Assembly (NCBI GenBank): GCA_947626095.1
Contig: CANQQV010000009.1
Span: 1 to 64,000 of the forward strand
From: an uncultured Bacilli bacterium
Lineage (GTDB): Bacteria > Bacillota_I > Bacilli_A > RF39 > UBA660
Length of the DNA stretch: 64,000 nucleotides
Direction of reading: 5' to 3'
Position 1 is the stretch's first letter, and every line of letters begins with the position of its first letter. Below the pieces are notes generated by a model. It was not told the origin of the DNA. It saw only the letters and a program-made list of their open reading frames with translations, and made no database searches. Positions 1 through 10,605 of the stretch are shown here, piece by piece. A program made the translations under genes and the position numbers.

Positions 1-587
<587 letters not shown>

Positions 588-702
588 AAGATTTATATAA
601 TAAATCATTAAATTTAAGTTTTGATCACAAAGCTACTCAATTTGACTTTTTTACTTAGTTTTCAAAGATCATTTCTTGCAACTTTTTCCGTGTTGCACCA
701 GT

Positions 703-731
703 AATATATCAAATGCTTTTCTTAAAGTCAA
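703..731 (-). promoter_or_regulatory. rRNA promoter P2 (sigmaA)
   Basis: TTGACT-17 bp-TATATT on minus strand; boxA/processing-stalk motif GATCTTTGAAAA at about 659-670. Confidence 0.7.
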
Positions 732-805
732 CTTTTTTTAAACTTTTTTCGAAAAAAACATTTTTTTAGACATTTTCTGATGCCATTTCCCGTAAAAGTA
801 ATTCA

Positions 806-833
806 ATTATATCATATTAAAGGGTATTGTCAA
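806..833 (-). promoter_or_regulatory. rRNA promoter P1 (sigmaA)
   Basis: TTGACA-16 bp-TATAAT with TG extension, on minus strand. Confidence 0.7.
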
Positions 834-988
834 ATTTAAATCCATAATTTAAAGATAGTTTTTTATTATGGTGTTATAACATTGAATTATACCTCTATCT
901 TAGTATATGCATAGATAGAAAAGATATGTAATTTTTAAGTAATAAAAAAAGATATTACTTAATAATATCTTACTTAATAATATCTTTT

Positions 989-1489
989 CTATCTTGGTAA
1001 TCTTATTACTTCAAATAAGAATAATAGATATATACCTATATATAAAGATGCTTTGTATCTTAACATTTCGTATGCGCCGACTACTTTATCAATTCCTGAT
1101 ACTAACCAAGATTCTTTGTATTTAGGAACTGTTGGACTACAAGGGAACATATGTGATTTAATAATATCTTGTTGAAGATTATTTAGTTCATAATATTTTA
1201 AACTATTTTCTAAAGCTTTAGATGGATGGTCTTTTAATCTTTGGGCCCCATTTTCATCAGCTAAATCTTCATTAAGAAAGAAATCATGTAATAATGCAGC
1301 TCTAGTTGTTTCATTTATACTTTTAATATTAAATTTATCACAAAATTTATATGTCCATCTTGCAACACGCATTGAATGATCATATCTTGTAATACCATGA
1401 TGTAATTCTTTATTTAATCTATCAAAATCTTTATTATCAGTTATATCCTTAATTAGTGAGGAAAAGTCTTCTGTACTTTTCTTACTCAT
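989..1489 (-). CDS. HD-domain phosphohydrolase
   Basis: H..(RYDHS)..ALLHD..H..SHMFP..D motifs. Confidence 0.85.
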   Translation of the reverse strand: MSKKSTEDFSSLIKDITDNKDFDRLNKELHHGITRYDHSMRVARWTYKFCDKFNIKSINETTRAALLHDFFLNEDLADENGAQRLKDHPSKALENSLKYYELNNLQQDIIKSHMFPCSPTVPKYKESWLVSGIDKVVGAYEMLRYKASLYIGIYLLFLFEVIRLPR

Positions 1490-1642
1490 CCAAAATCACC
1501 TCGGACTTCGTCATTATAACATATTTAAATAATATTAGCAAATTGTTAATTCTTGGTTGCTATATATTAATTTTAATATATTTTATTTTGATTTAGAACC
1601 CTTTTTTATTTGGGGAATGTAAAGTAAGACCTTGGTAAATAA

Positions 1643-3298
1643 CTATTTTTCGACTTTAGTAAGACGATTTTTTATTCTTTCTTGACCTAGTAAATTTAGA
1701 ATAACATAAAGGTCTGGAGTTTGTGATTTAGAAGTAACTCCTACTCTTATTATATTCGAAATATCAGCGACACTACCCTTGTATTTGTCAGGGTTAGCTT
1801 TATATTCTTTCATATCAGAGCAATAACCTAATTTGTCAGTCATTTCTTTCATTTTATTAAACCATGTATCTTTATCATCAGCTTCATTATAATAGTCATT
1901 AAAGTAAGTATTTAAGACATTATTTATTTCTTCTTTAGTTAAGTTTTCCGCAAATTCATAGTTGACATCAGTAAATAGTTCATCAAACATATACCAGATT
2001 TGATTTTTAACTTCAGATAAACAAGCATAATCTTTACGTGGCTTCTTTTGTTCTCTTTCAATATTTAAAACATTAGTTGTATATTCTTTATATTTATTTA
2101 TTAATTCATTAAATTCTTTATCATAGATTTTTGACCAATTATCTAGTAAGTCAAAAACTTCAGTGGCTTTTAAACGACTTAAATAGTTTTTAGAAATATT
2201 ATCTAATTTATCTAAATCGAATAAAGCACCAGAGGCAGACATTTTCTTAGGAGAAAATTCAAATTCCGTAAATGGAGCATCGGGATGACCTTCACGCCAT
2301 GCTTCATAGTTAGAGTTAATGATAGTCATGATACTTTCTGTTAATGCATATTTAGGATAACCTTTTTCTTCATAGTAAGTCATACGAGCTTCAGGATCTA
2401 AACGTTTAGAGATTTTTCTAATCTTATCCCCATCTTTTTTAATGATTAATGGCGTATGAACATATTTTGGCATTTTAAAACCAAATGTTTTAAATAGTTC
2501 ATAGTGAACAGGGATTGAACTTATCCACTCTTGACCACGAACAACATGAGTTGTACGCATTAAATGATCATCAACTAAATGCGCAAAATGATAGGTTGGT
2601 AATAGATTACTTGATTTCATAATTGGAATATCGATATCATTTTCAGGAAATTCCATTTCACCATTAGCTAAGTCAACAAATTTAAATTTACGATTAAAAT
2701 CACCAGAACTCTTTAATCTGATAGTATATTTTTCACCATTTTTAATACGTTCAGCAGCTTCATCAGGAGTTAAGTTACGATATTTGGCATAACGGCCATA
2801 AATACCGATTCTTCTTTTATCACGGCTTTGCGATTCACGGATAGAATCCATTTCTTCTTGCGTTAAGAAACATGGATAAGCTTTACCTTCAATAATTAAG
2901 TGTTTAATAAAAGCATGATAGATTTCTTTTCTTTCTGATTGAATATATGGACCATATAAACCTTTTTCGTCGTTTATATCACGATATTCATATTCATCAG
3001 GAATATAGTCATATTGATCTAAGATATGGCGAATAGCTTCGACAGCACCTTCGATTTCACGAGCACTATCTGTATCTTCATTTCTTAGATAGAATACTCC
3101 ATTACTTTGACGAGCTAGTAAGTAATCAATTGTTACAGACATAAAGTTACCAATATGCATAAAGCCAGTTGGTGATGGAGCAAATCTTGTTACTTTAGCT
3201 CCTTCTGGTAAATCTCTTTCAGGATACATTTTTTCATAATCTTCAATGGTTTTTGTGATATTTGGGAATATCAAATCAGCTAAATCTTTGGTAGTCAT
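1643..3298 (-). CDS. gltX: glutamate--tRNA ligase
   Basis: TRFAPSPTG, HIGN, KISKR; Glu T-box upstream. Start moved to ATG 3298 behind the AGGAAG RBS (track start 3328 lies inside the T-box terminator). Confidence 0.96.
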   Translation of the reverse strand: MTTKDLADLIFPNITKTIEDYEKMYPERDLPEGAKVTRFAPSPTGFMHIGNFMSVTIDYLLARQSNGVFYLRNEDTDSAREIEGAVEAIRHILDQYDYIPDEYEYRDINDEKGLYGPYIQSERKEIYHAFIKHLIIEGKAYPCFLTQEEMDSIRESQSRDKRRIGIYGRYAKYRNLTPDEAAERIKNGEKYTIRLKSSGDFNRKFKFVDLANGEMEFPENDIDIPIMKSSNLLPTYHFAHLVDDHLMRTTHVVRGQEWISSIPVHYELFKTFGFKMPKYVHTPLIIKKDGDKIRKISKRLDPEARMTYYEEKGYPKYALTESIMTIINSNYEAWREGHPDAPFTEFEFSPKKMSASGALFDLDKLDNISKNYLSRLKATEVFDLLDNWSKIYDKEFNELINKYKEYTTNVLNIEREQKKPRKDYACLSEVKNQIWYMFDELFTDVNYEFAENLTKEEINNVLNTYFNDYYNEADDKDTWFNKMKEMTDKLGYCSDMKEYKANPDKYKGSVADISNIIRVGVTSKSQTPDLYVILNLLGQERIKNRLTKVEK

Positions 3299-3316
3299 TT
3301 TCATCTTCCTTTCTAA

Positions 3317-3530
3317 ATAAAAAAACATTTCTTCCCAAAGGACGAAATGTTTCGTGGTACCACCTTAATTTGTGTTATTAACACCTTATTTGTTTTAACG
3401 CTGCTAGCGGAATAACTTATATACATTATTCAACTCCAAAGTTTCTTCGAATTAATATATATGTTTCTTTACACCAGCCAGAAACTCTCTTTGATACAGT
3501 GATTAATCTACTCTTCTTTTTCTTCGTTTG
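3317..3530 (-). promoter_or_regulatory. T-box riboswitch, Glu specifier (GAA)
   Basis: AGAGA..GGTG stem I, GAAGAAACTT specifier loop, AAGGTGGTACCACG T-box, terminator AAACATTTC..GAAATGTTT+U; perfect TTGACA-17-TATAAT promoter at 3538-3566. Confidence 0.92.
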
Positions 3531-3562
3531 TGGTTTCATTATAGTAAATTTATTTTTTATTG

Positions 3563-4537
3563 TCAATTAGTATTTGGATTTGTGGGTTTAAAACGTTTAG
3601 TCATACGTGATTCAGTTCTTCTTTGTTCGATATCCGGTCTAACGGTAATTGATTCTTCGTTAGCTAATCTTATTTCATCACCAATAATAGCTAGATGTTT
3701 AATATTAATCTTAGAGATAAGTTTTTCAAAGAAGATAAATTCGACATCGAGAAAACCAATTAAAGGACGATATTCGTAACTAGCTGATGGATCTTCTGAT
3801 AAAGACGGAATATAAATAAGTTTGTTTTCACGATTTTTAGCTTTATGACTATGGCCTTTAAAGACAATAGTGGCATTATCAGATAGTTCTTTACGTTTTT
3901 TAGAATGACTTAAATCATGGGTAATACCAATAGCATCGTCTTTTAATTTAATTATAGATGAACCATAACCTAAGGATACTAAATCGTATCTTCTTTCTTC
4001 TAAGTATCTAGCAAGATCAAAGCCATGGTCAGTAATACTTTTATAATCGTGATTACCATAGAGGTTATAACTAATGATATTGTTCATAGCAGGATAAATT
4101 CTTAAGACTTTTTTAGCTTGAGCAACATCCGTTTTAGTTTTTAAAAGTTCAGCTCGGTCTTCATAAACATTTTCAATAACATCGCCACCATTAAATAAGT
4201 TGTGAATATCATGTTTTTGCAAGTAGTCAAAGACGATTTTTAGTAAATCTGGTCGTTCATAGATACTACCAATATGTAAATCAGAAATAAAAACAGCACG
4301 AAAGATACGATCTCTAACATTTATGCGAAGAATATTATTTTCAGGATTTAAAATTAAGTTACGATTAATTTTAGTAAAGACTTGACCATCAGAAAAGTAA
4401 GTTTTAGTAAAGTTAAAACCATTATTTTTGATTTGTTTTAAATAATAGCTCATTTCACGGTTAGACAAAGATAGTCTTTTTTGAATTTCATTAAGGCTTA
4501 AACCATCGCACATTAATTTAATAATCTTTTCAGACAT
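3563..4537 (-). CDS. calcineurin-like metallophosphoesterase with N-terminal HTH-like region
   Basis: DLH, GD, GNHD, H, GHSH motifs; start MSEKII behind AGGTGA. Confidence 0.8.
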   Translation of the reverse strand: MSEKIIKLMCDGLSLNEIQKRLSLSNREMSYYLKQIKNNGFNFTKTYFSDGQVFTKINRNLILNPENNILRINVRDRIFRAVFISDLHIGSIYERPDLLKIVFDYLQKHDIHNLFNGGDVIENVYEDRAELLKTKTDVAQAKKVLRIYPAMNNIISYNLYGNHDYKSITDHGFDLARYLEERRYDLVSLGYGSSIIKLKDDAIGITHDLSHSKKRKELSDNATIVFKGHSHKAKNRENKLIYIPSLSEDPSASYEYRPLIGFLDVEFIFFEKLISKINIKHLAIIGDEIRLANEESITVRPDIEQRRTESRMTKRFKPTNPNTN

Positions 4538-4553
4538 ATCTTCACCTACTTTT

Positions 4554-4976
4554 CTATTCACATGTTGCGTTTATAATGAAAACTTGTTCATATGTTTTAT
4601 TGGGATTAGTAACACTGATAGTAGCATTAATAGAAGTTATATGATCATAAGTGTCAGTTAAAACTTGATCATTATTATATATTTTAGTAGAAATAGAAAG
4701 ATTAGATTCCGTTGCTTCTTTTAATAACTGATAAGAAATGATTTGGGTGTTTTCATCTTTTAACGAAGAGCAATCAATATTTAAGTTATATACTCGTTCG
4801 TTAGCTTTTAAATCTAGATCATTATTTAAGATACTTAAAGAAGAAAATGGCATTGTAGTAGCATCATATACTTCTTTATAAGTATGATAGTTTTTAGTAA
4901 AGATAAATAATAAGACAATTATGAGGATTGATATGAGAACGATAAATAATTTTTTTTCAAAATTCATATCTATCAC
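4554..4976 (-). CDS. hypothetical membrane-anchored/secreted protein
   Basis: N-terminal hydrophobic helix, RBS AGGTGA. Confidence 0.65.
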   Translation of the reverse strand: MIDMNFEKKLFIVLISILIIVLLFIFTKNYHTYKEVYDATTMPFSSLSILNNDLDLKANERVYNLNIDCSSLKDENTQIISYQLLKEATESNLSISTKIYNNDQVLTDTYDHITSINATISVTNPNKTYEQVFIINATCE

Positions 4977-5088
4977 CTACATTTTCTTTCTATAATAAAT
5001 ATACTATATTTTTGTTATTAATTAAATATATAGACGGAAATTTGACAAAGAAAAAAGTATTCTTTTTTAGAATACTTATTTTTTAAAC

Positions 5089-5165
5089 TGGTGACCTGTA
5101 CGGGATTCGGACCCGTGTATGTAACCTTGAGAGGGTTATGTGTTAAACCGCTTCACCAACAGGCC
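5089..5165 (-). tRNA. tRNA-Glu(CTC)
   Basis: Cloverleaf GGCCTGT..ACAGGTC-A-CCA; anticodon arm TAACC-CT CTC AA-GGTTA; T-loop TCCGAAT (atypical). Confidence 0.93.
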
Positions 5166-5232
5166 TTCAACATAGTTAATTCTAACATAGGAAAGTTATT
5201 TTGACAATTAAAAATACTTCACAAGGAAGTAT

Positions 5233-6384
5233 TTATTGAGCTGAACAATTCTTTTTATACCAGTCTTGCATAGATACTAAAGTATAAGTTTGATCATTTG
5301 TACTAACTGTATTAAATATTGTTCCAATTTTGTTATAGCCACTTGTTGATTCACCAATTAATAATGTCCCATTATTTAGATTTTTAATTACTAAGGCAAC
5401 ATGACCAGGACGAGATAAGTAATCACCAGATTTAGCTTTTGATAGATCATTTTGACCACCAGTGACATTTTGCCAATCCCAACCGACATAACCACAACCT
5501 GTACCTATCGCCCATTTGACTAAACCAGTACAATCAACACCTGAATAATCATTGACATAATCCCAACGACCATTAACATAATCAATACGGCTTTGGGTAA
5601 GATGTTTACCCCAGTTTGGACAAAAATGTTTACCATCGCAACCTGTTTCGTAACCAATGATATTATTAGGACCATCGGCACCTGTACCAGCTTTTTCATA
5701 ATGCAATCTTAAGTTATAATCATTTAAGCCTTGGATTAGTGAATAACCAGCGGTAGCAACACGAGTCCCCCAATCATTACCAGCTTTATCAACATTAGAA
5801 AGAATATATTCATTTAATTTTTCTTTTTCAGCATTTGTAAGGTTATTACCATCAACTTCAAGTTGATTAGTCATAGTACCATTAGCATTTTTACCCATTA
5901 ATGGATAATCTTCAACTTTACCTGGCAAATTAGAACCATTTATAAGATTATTTTTGATATTTTCTTTTATCTTTTCCTCTTCTTCTTGCTTCTTTTGGGT
6001 TTCTTGTTGAAGTTTTTCTTGTTCTTCCTTTTTTTGCTTTGCTAATTCGGCTTCTTCTTGTTCTAGTAAATTATTAACATTTTTTAAAGAAGCCTCATTG
6101 TAACAAGCTAAAAGTTTATTAGTATCAACAGAAACTATATTATTAAAAAGATATGTAAAGATGGTTGGTAGCAAAAAAATTAAGATAGCTGCTATGGTAT
6201 TCTTGATTAATACGGGAATTCTTTCTTTGATTTTTTCGGGTGTAACAGTTGAAGTAAATAATTCATGGTAAGTTCTATACATGATGATTAGTGGAATAAT
6301 AGTAAATACAATTCCGATAACTATTTTTAAGATTAAAAAGAATCTTAATAAACCTGAATTGTCACATAAACTTAGTATAAACAT
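5233..6384 (-). CDS. membrane-anchored NlpC/P60/CHAP-like cell wall hydrolase
   Basis: Two N-terminal TM helices, charged coiled coil, GVDCTGLVKWA and GHVALV catalytic motifs. Confidence 0.75.
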   Translation of the reverse strand: MFILSLCDNSGLLRFFLILKIVIGIVFTIIPLIIMYRTYHELFTSTVTPEKIKERIPVLIKNTIAAILIFLLPTIFTYLFNNIVSVDTNKLLACYNEASLKNVNNLLEQEEAELAKQKKEEQEKLQQETQKKQEEEEKIKENIKNNLINGSNLPGKVEDYPLMGKNANGTMTNQLEVDGNNLTNAEKEKLNEYILSNVDKAGNDWGTRVATAGYSLIQGLNDYNLRLHYEKAGTGADGPNNIIGYETGCDGKHFCPNWGKHLTQSRIDYVNGRWDYVNDYSGVDCTGLVKWAIGTGCGYVGWDWQNVTGGQNDLSKAKSGDYLSRPGHVALVIKNLNNGTLLIGESTSGYNKIGTIFNTVSTNDQTYTLVSMQDWYKKNCSAQ

Positions 6385-6405
6385 TTCTTCACCAATTTTG
6401 GGTTA

Positions 6406-6942
6406 TTAATTAACAACCCCATGAGATACCCCGTATAATTCAGTATAAATTTCAAGAGCTTGACTACTCATAGTCCCAATATAGCCATAAACCATTTTGC
6501 CATTTTTAATAATAACAGTCATTGGCGTTGGAACTTGACCATTAGACATAAAGTCATAAAATTTACCTTTAATACCATTATATTCATAATCAATATCCAA
6601 TTTTTTAATAAAGTTTTTATAAGCATCAGAATCTAAGTCAACATTTTCTAAATTTAAGTAATATACTTTGTAACCATATTTAATCATTTCAAAATTAAGA
6701 GTTTCTGAATATTTAATGGTTGCACTACAAGTATCAGTTCCGATTAATAAAAGCTTAGCAGTATTGTCACTAAAAAGAAAATCGATACCCTTTATATCAA
6801 CGGGAGTATATTGTGAACTATCTAATCTTTTAGTATCTCCTTCATGATTAACAAATAATGTTACTAATGCCACTACTATGCAAGCAAGAATAATAAGATA
6901 GATTACAGCATTATTTTTTAAATGATTAAGTACTTTATTCAT
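6406..6942 (-). CDS. thioredoxin-fold membrane-anchored protein
   Basis: TM anchor, TCSAT (single Cys), TP..VIIKNGK motif. Confidence 0.6.
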   Translation of the reverse strand: MNKVLNHLKNNAVIYLIILACIVVALVTLFVNHEGDTKRLDSSQYTPVDIKGIDFLFSDNTAKLLLIGTDTCSATIKYSETLNFEMIKYGYKVYYLNLENVDLDSDAYKNFIKKLDIDYEYNGIKGKFYDFMSNGQVPTPMTVIIKNGKMVYGYIGTMSSQALEIYTELYGVSHGVVN

Positions 6943-7708
6943 GTTTTTGACCTCTAATCAAATTAGTTATAGCTTTAATAGCAACGTTAATTTCTTTATC
7001 AACATCAAAATCAGTATTGTTAGATATTCCTCTTTTTTCTAGTTCTTGGTTCCAAACGACAAGTAAAACAGCAGCAGCTTTTAATCTTAAAACACTAGAA
7101 ACAATATATAGAGCAGCAGTTTCCATTTCACTACATAAAGCTCCAGCTTTAATCCAAGCATTCCACTTATCATTTAGCTCATAACCAACGGGCATTTTAT
7201 CTGGGTCATGTTGACCATAAAAGGAATCTTTGCATTGAACAACGCCAACATGATTAGGATAACCTAATTCATCAGCAGCAGTTTTTAAAGCATTAGTTAA
7301 TTCTAGATTAGCAACAGCCGGATATTCAACGGGAACGTATTCTTTACTAGTTCCCTCTTGTCTAATCGCCGCCTCGGCGATAACGATATCACCAGCATTA
7401 ACATCTAGTTGCATACCACCACTAGTACCTACACGAATTAAATTTTCAATACCAAGTTGAGCTAATTCTTCAACACATATCGCGGTAGATGGTCCACCCA
7501 TACCAGTGGAAATAACTAAAACTTTTTCATTATCTATTTCACCTAAATAACTAGTATATTCACGATTAACACCTAGTTTATAAGCATTATTTAATTTAGA
7601 AGCTATTTTTTCAACACGACCTGGATCACCAGGTAAGATAGCGTATTTAGCACCCTTTAATTCTTCTTTTGTTAAATTAATATGATACATTTTTTCTGTT
7701 TGTTCCAT
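6935..7708 (-). CDS. udp: uridine phosphorylase
   Basis: LPGDPGRV, STGMGGPS, RVGTSG, SEME motifs. Confidence 0.95.
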   Translation of the reverse strand: MEQTEKMYHINLTKEELKGAKYAILPGDPGRVEKIASKLNNAYKLGVNREYTSYLGEIDNEKVLVISTGMGGPSTAICVEELAQLGIENLIRVGTSGGMQLDVNAGDIVIAEAAIRQEGTSKEYVPVEYPAVANLELTNALKTAADELGYPNHVGVVQCKDSFYGQHDPDKMPVGYELNDKWNAWIKAGALCSEMETAALYIVSSVLRLKAAAVLLVVWNQELEKRGISNNTDFDVDKEINVAIKAITNLIRGQKHE

Positions 7709-7719
7709 AATAAAACCTC

Positions 7720-8130
7720 CTAAAGATTAAAACTTTCTGGTAATAATTCAGCAATGGTATATGAATAAATTTTATCTTCGATTTCATCATAAGTATAAAT
7801 TTTAAAATCGGGTGTAGTATATTCGCTTAAGAATTGACGACAATAACCACATGGTAAAGTCTTTTTGAATTTAGCTTCATTTAAATTTCTAGCGACAACA
7901 GCAATTGCTTTAAATTCTTTTTGGCCTTCAGTTAAAGCTTTAGCAAAAGTAGAACGCTCAGCACAAATAGACTGAATACCATGATTTTCAATATTGAAAC
8001 CAGTATAAATAGTTCCATCTTCACACAATAAAGCCGCTCCAACAGTAAAATTAGAATACTTACAACAAAAATTTTGATTAGCAACTGTTTTAGCTTCACT
8101 AATTAATTTTAAAATTAATTCATTATCCAT
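7720..8130 (-). CDS. cdd: cytidine deaminase
   Basis: YSNFTVGAA, CAER, PCGYCRQ. Confidence 0.93.
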   Translation of the reverse strand: MDNELILKLISEAKTVANQNFCCKYSNFTVGAALLCEDGTIYTGFNIENHGIQSICAERSTFAKALTEGQKEFKAIAVVARNLNEAKFKKTLPCGYCRQFLSEYTTPDFKIYTYDEIEDKIYSYTIAELLPESFNL

Positions 8131-8185
8131 AGTCTCACCTATTTATATTTTAACATAAATAAAAGGAAAAGACTATGTCTTTCCC

Positions 8186-9133
8186 TTAGTTAGTTTCAAA
8201 GGTTAAATTTGCATTATTCACTGTTTTTAATTTAGGTAGATTAATAACTTCACGCGAATTTAAGAATTTATTGTAGTAAGCTAATAAATCTTTTTCTGTT
8301 TCAACTTCTGGTAAATTAATCTTACTATATAAAGAAGATAATTGGAAAACTTGTGGACCATTTGGTAGTTTTATTTCTACTTCTTCATATTCTTGATAAG
8401 TAAATAAATCTAATTGAATAAAATCTTTTGGTGTTTTTTCTTCGTGTTTTTTAACAAGAGTATCAGTATCATAAATATCAGTTATTTTTAAACCATGTTT
8501 ATTAAAAGCAACGATATATTCATTACCATAATAGATATCCCAATATAATTTTGATAAGCCTTTTAAATGTTCTCTTATATTAGTATAAGTTTTAAAGACA
8601 ATTAATGGTGAATAATGTTCTTTAGCAGTAGCAAAATTATCAATATAACTTAAGAAATCTTTATATTCATTATTATCTAAAATAAGTGCGGCAGCAAATT
8701 TTAATTCATTAATATATTGTTCGTTATTAAAGTCTTTAAGAAGATATTTGTTGTTACGATCTAAGAATAATTTTTCAAGACGTGTTTCTTCAGTATCATG
8801 AAGATATTCTTCTAAAGATACTTCACGAGTATTTTCATAGTATATATCATGAACTTCTTTAACAACTTTAATTAATTCATTTAATTCATATAAGTTAATA
8901 AAGCTTATACTACGACTTAAGATATCTAAAAATAATGGAATATTAAGTTTGTCATTTTTTAAATAAGCAATATTATTGATTAGTGAAATAATTAATTCTT
9001 CTGGTATATTTAATTTTTTTAAGAACTCATAAACAGCAATGATGATTTGTTTATCATAACCTACTTGTTCTCTATTATATGAATTGTAATTAAAATGTTT
9101 TAGAAATTCGTTAATTTCTAAAGTATTTTTCAT
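8186..9133 (-). CDS. hypothetical protein
   Basis: 315-aa ORF with own TTGACA..TAAAAT promoter and GAGGGG RBS; contains QLDLF. Confidence 0.7.
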   Translation of the reverse strand: MKNTLEINEFLKHFNYNSYNREQVGYDKQIIIAVYEFLKKLNIPEELIISLINNIAYLKNDKLNIPLFLDILSRSISFINLYELNELIKVVKEVHDIYYENTREVSLEEYLHDTEETRLEKLFLDRNNKYLLKDFNNEQYINELKFAAALILDNNEYKDFLSYIDNFATAKEHYSPLIVFKTYTNIREHLKGLSKLYWDIYYGNEYIVAFNKHGLKITDIYDTDTLVKKHEEKTPKDFIQLDLFTYQEYEEVEIKLPNGPQVFQLSSLYSKINLPEVETEKDLLAYYNKFLNSREVINLPKLKTVNNANLTFETN

Positions 9134-9198
9134 ACAACAAAACCCCTCTTCTTGTCATAAATTTTACACTTTAGAGGGGCTTTTTGTCAAATTTTGCT

Positions 9199-10221
9199 CT
9201 AATTTTCATATACACTAGTAAGACCAAAATAATCTTCAACAGTAATCCAGTTTCCATTATTATATAGTTTAGCTGCTAATTCTTCGCCGACATAACGATA
9301 ATGCCATGGTTCATATATATAACCAGTTTCATTAGTTTTACCTTCAGGATATCTTAGAATAAAACCATATTTATAAGCATTAGCAAATAACCATTTACCA
9401 TCTGCACGTTCTTCTAATCTAGTATCAATCCAGTTTAAATCCATAGCGGTTCCCGTTTGATGTTCAGAGTGTCCTGGTCGAGCAGAATAAGTATCTGCTT
9501 CAACAGTCCCCCCTTCACGAACATGACGATTATAAATGGTAGATTGCTTTTCATAAGAACGGAAACCACTTTGAATATTAACATTGATATTATCCAATTT
9601 AGCTGCAGCGACCATTTTATTAAAGGCATTTTTGGTTTCTTCTTCTAAATCTTTACCATAATCTTCAGGAACAGAATAGGTTTTATTGGCAATAATAAAG
9701 CCTTCAATATAAGTTATACCGTTTAATTCAATACCTTCGTAACCTTTAGAAGTAGTAAATGTTTGATAATTACCTTCGACTAATTTACTTAAATCAAGAT
9801 TAATACCATTCATATATACTTTTAAAGTAAAGTCTTCAGAAGCTTTATTACCACTAGAATCAGTAGCAGTATATTTTAAATTATAAGTACCTGAGGAACC
9901 AAAATCATAATCGCCTTCAATATTAACAGTTAAGTTTTCATTAGAATTATCAGTTACGGTAACATCTTTTAATAAATCAACTTCATTACCTACTTTAGTT
10001 CTAAATAATTTAGTGGTAAGTGTAATAACTGGTTTTTCCGTATCTTGATTAACAGAGTTACGTCCTTTTAGCGAATTATTTTCTGTGGTATTTTCTTCTT
10101 TATTAAGGAAATAAATAGTGCCAAAACAAAGAGGAATACCAATTATTAATAAAGCAATGATACAAAAAAATATTTTACCAATTTTAGTTAATTTTTTCTT
10201 TCGTTTGGCCATATTAATCAC
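9199..10221 (-). CDS. M15B (VanY/LdcB-like) carboxypeptidase with Ig-like domain
   Basis: SGFRS, ARPGHSEHQTG.A.D, EPWH; TM anchor; DTEKPVITL..YTATDSSGN Ig-like repeat. Confidence 0.9.
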   Translation of the reverse strand: MINMAKRKKKLTKIGKIFFCIIALLIIGIPLCFGTIYFLNKEENTTENNSLKGRNSVNQDTEKPVITLTTKLFRTKVGNEVDLLKDVTVTDNSNENLTVNIEGDYDFGSSGTYNLKYTATDSSGNKASEDFTLKVYMNGINLDLSKLVEGNYQTFTTSKGYEGIELNGITYIEGFIIANKTYSVPEDYGKDLEEETKNAFNKMVAAAKLDNINVNIQSGFRSYEKQSTIYNRHVREGGTVEADTYSARPGHSEHQTGTAMDLNWIDTRLEERADGKWLFANAYKYGFILRYPEGKTNETGYIYEPWHYRYVGEELAAKLYNNGNWITVEDYFGLTSVYEN

Positions 10222-10294
10222 GCTTTCTAATCTAATTTAATATAGCACTTTTTAACTTTATTTTCAATTTGTCTAAAGGAATATTTTTGGTATA

Positions 10295-10573
10295 ATGAAG
10301 ATGGTGATTAGAATGGACGAATTAAAAATTAAAGGTGTTTATAAACATTTTAAGGGTGATTATTACTTAGTTGAAGATATAGCTTTAAGTAGTGATGATG
10401 GAGTTACTAAATATGTTATTTATCGTAAGTTATACGAAGATGGTGGTTTATATATTAGAGAATTAAGTGATTTCTTAGGCGATGTGGACAAAGTAAAATA
10501 TCCTGATGTTAAACAAAAGAAGAAATTTGAATATCAAGAAATAGCTAGTAAAAGAAAAAGTTTTACAAAATAA
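10295..10573 (+). CDS. DUF1653 family protein
   Basis: GVYKHFKG..Y.V..A..YVIYRKLY..R....F...VDKVKYP. Confidence 0.85.
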   Translation: MKMVIRMDELKIKGVYKHFKGDYYLVEDIALSSDDGVTKYVIYRKLYEDGGLYIRELSDFLGDVDKVKYPDVKQKKKFEYQEIASKRKSFTK

Positions 10574-10605
10574 AGGAAGAAATAATAAATTTTCTTCCTT
10601 TTAAT

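Noticed and set aside
955-985. Short tandem duplication TTACTTAATAATATCT
   Set aside because: Local slippage within the HD-gene terminator; no further copies seen
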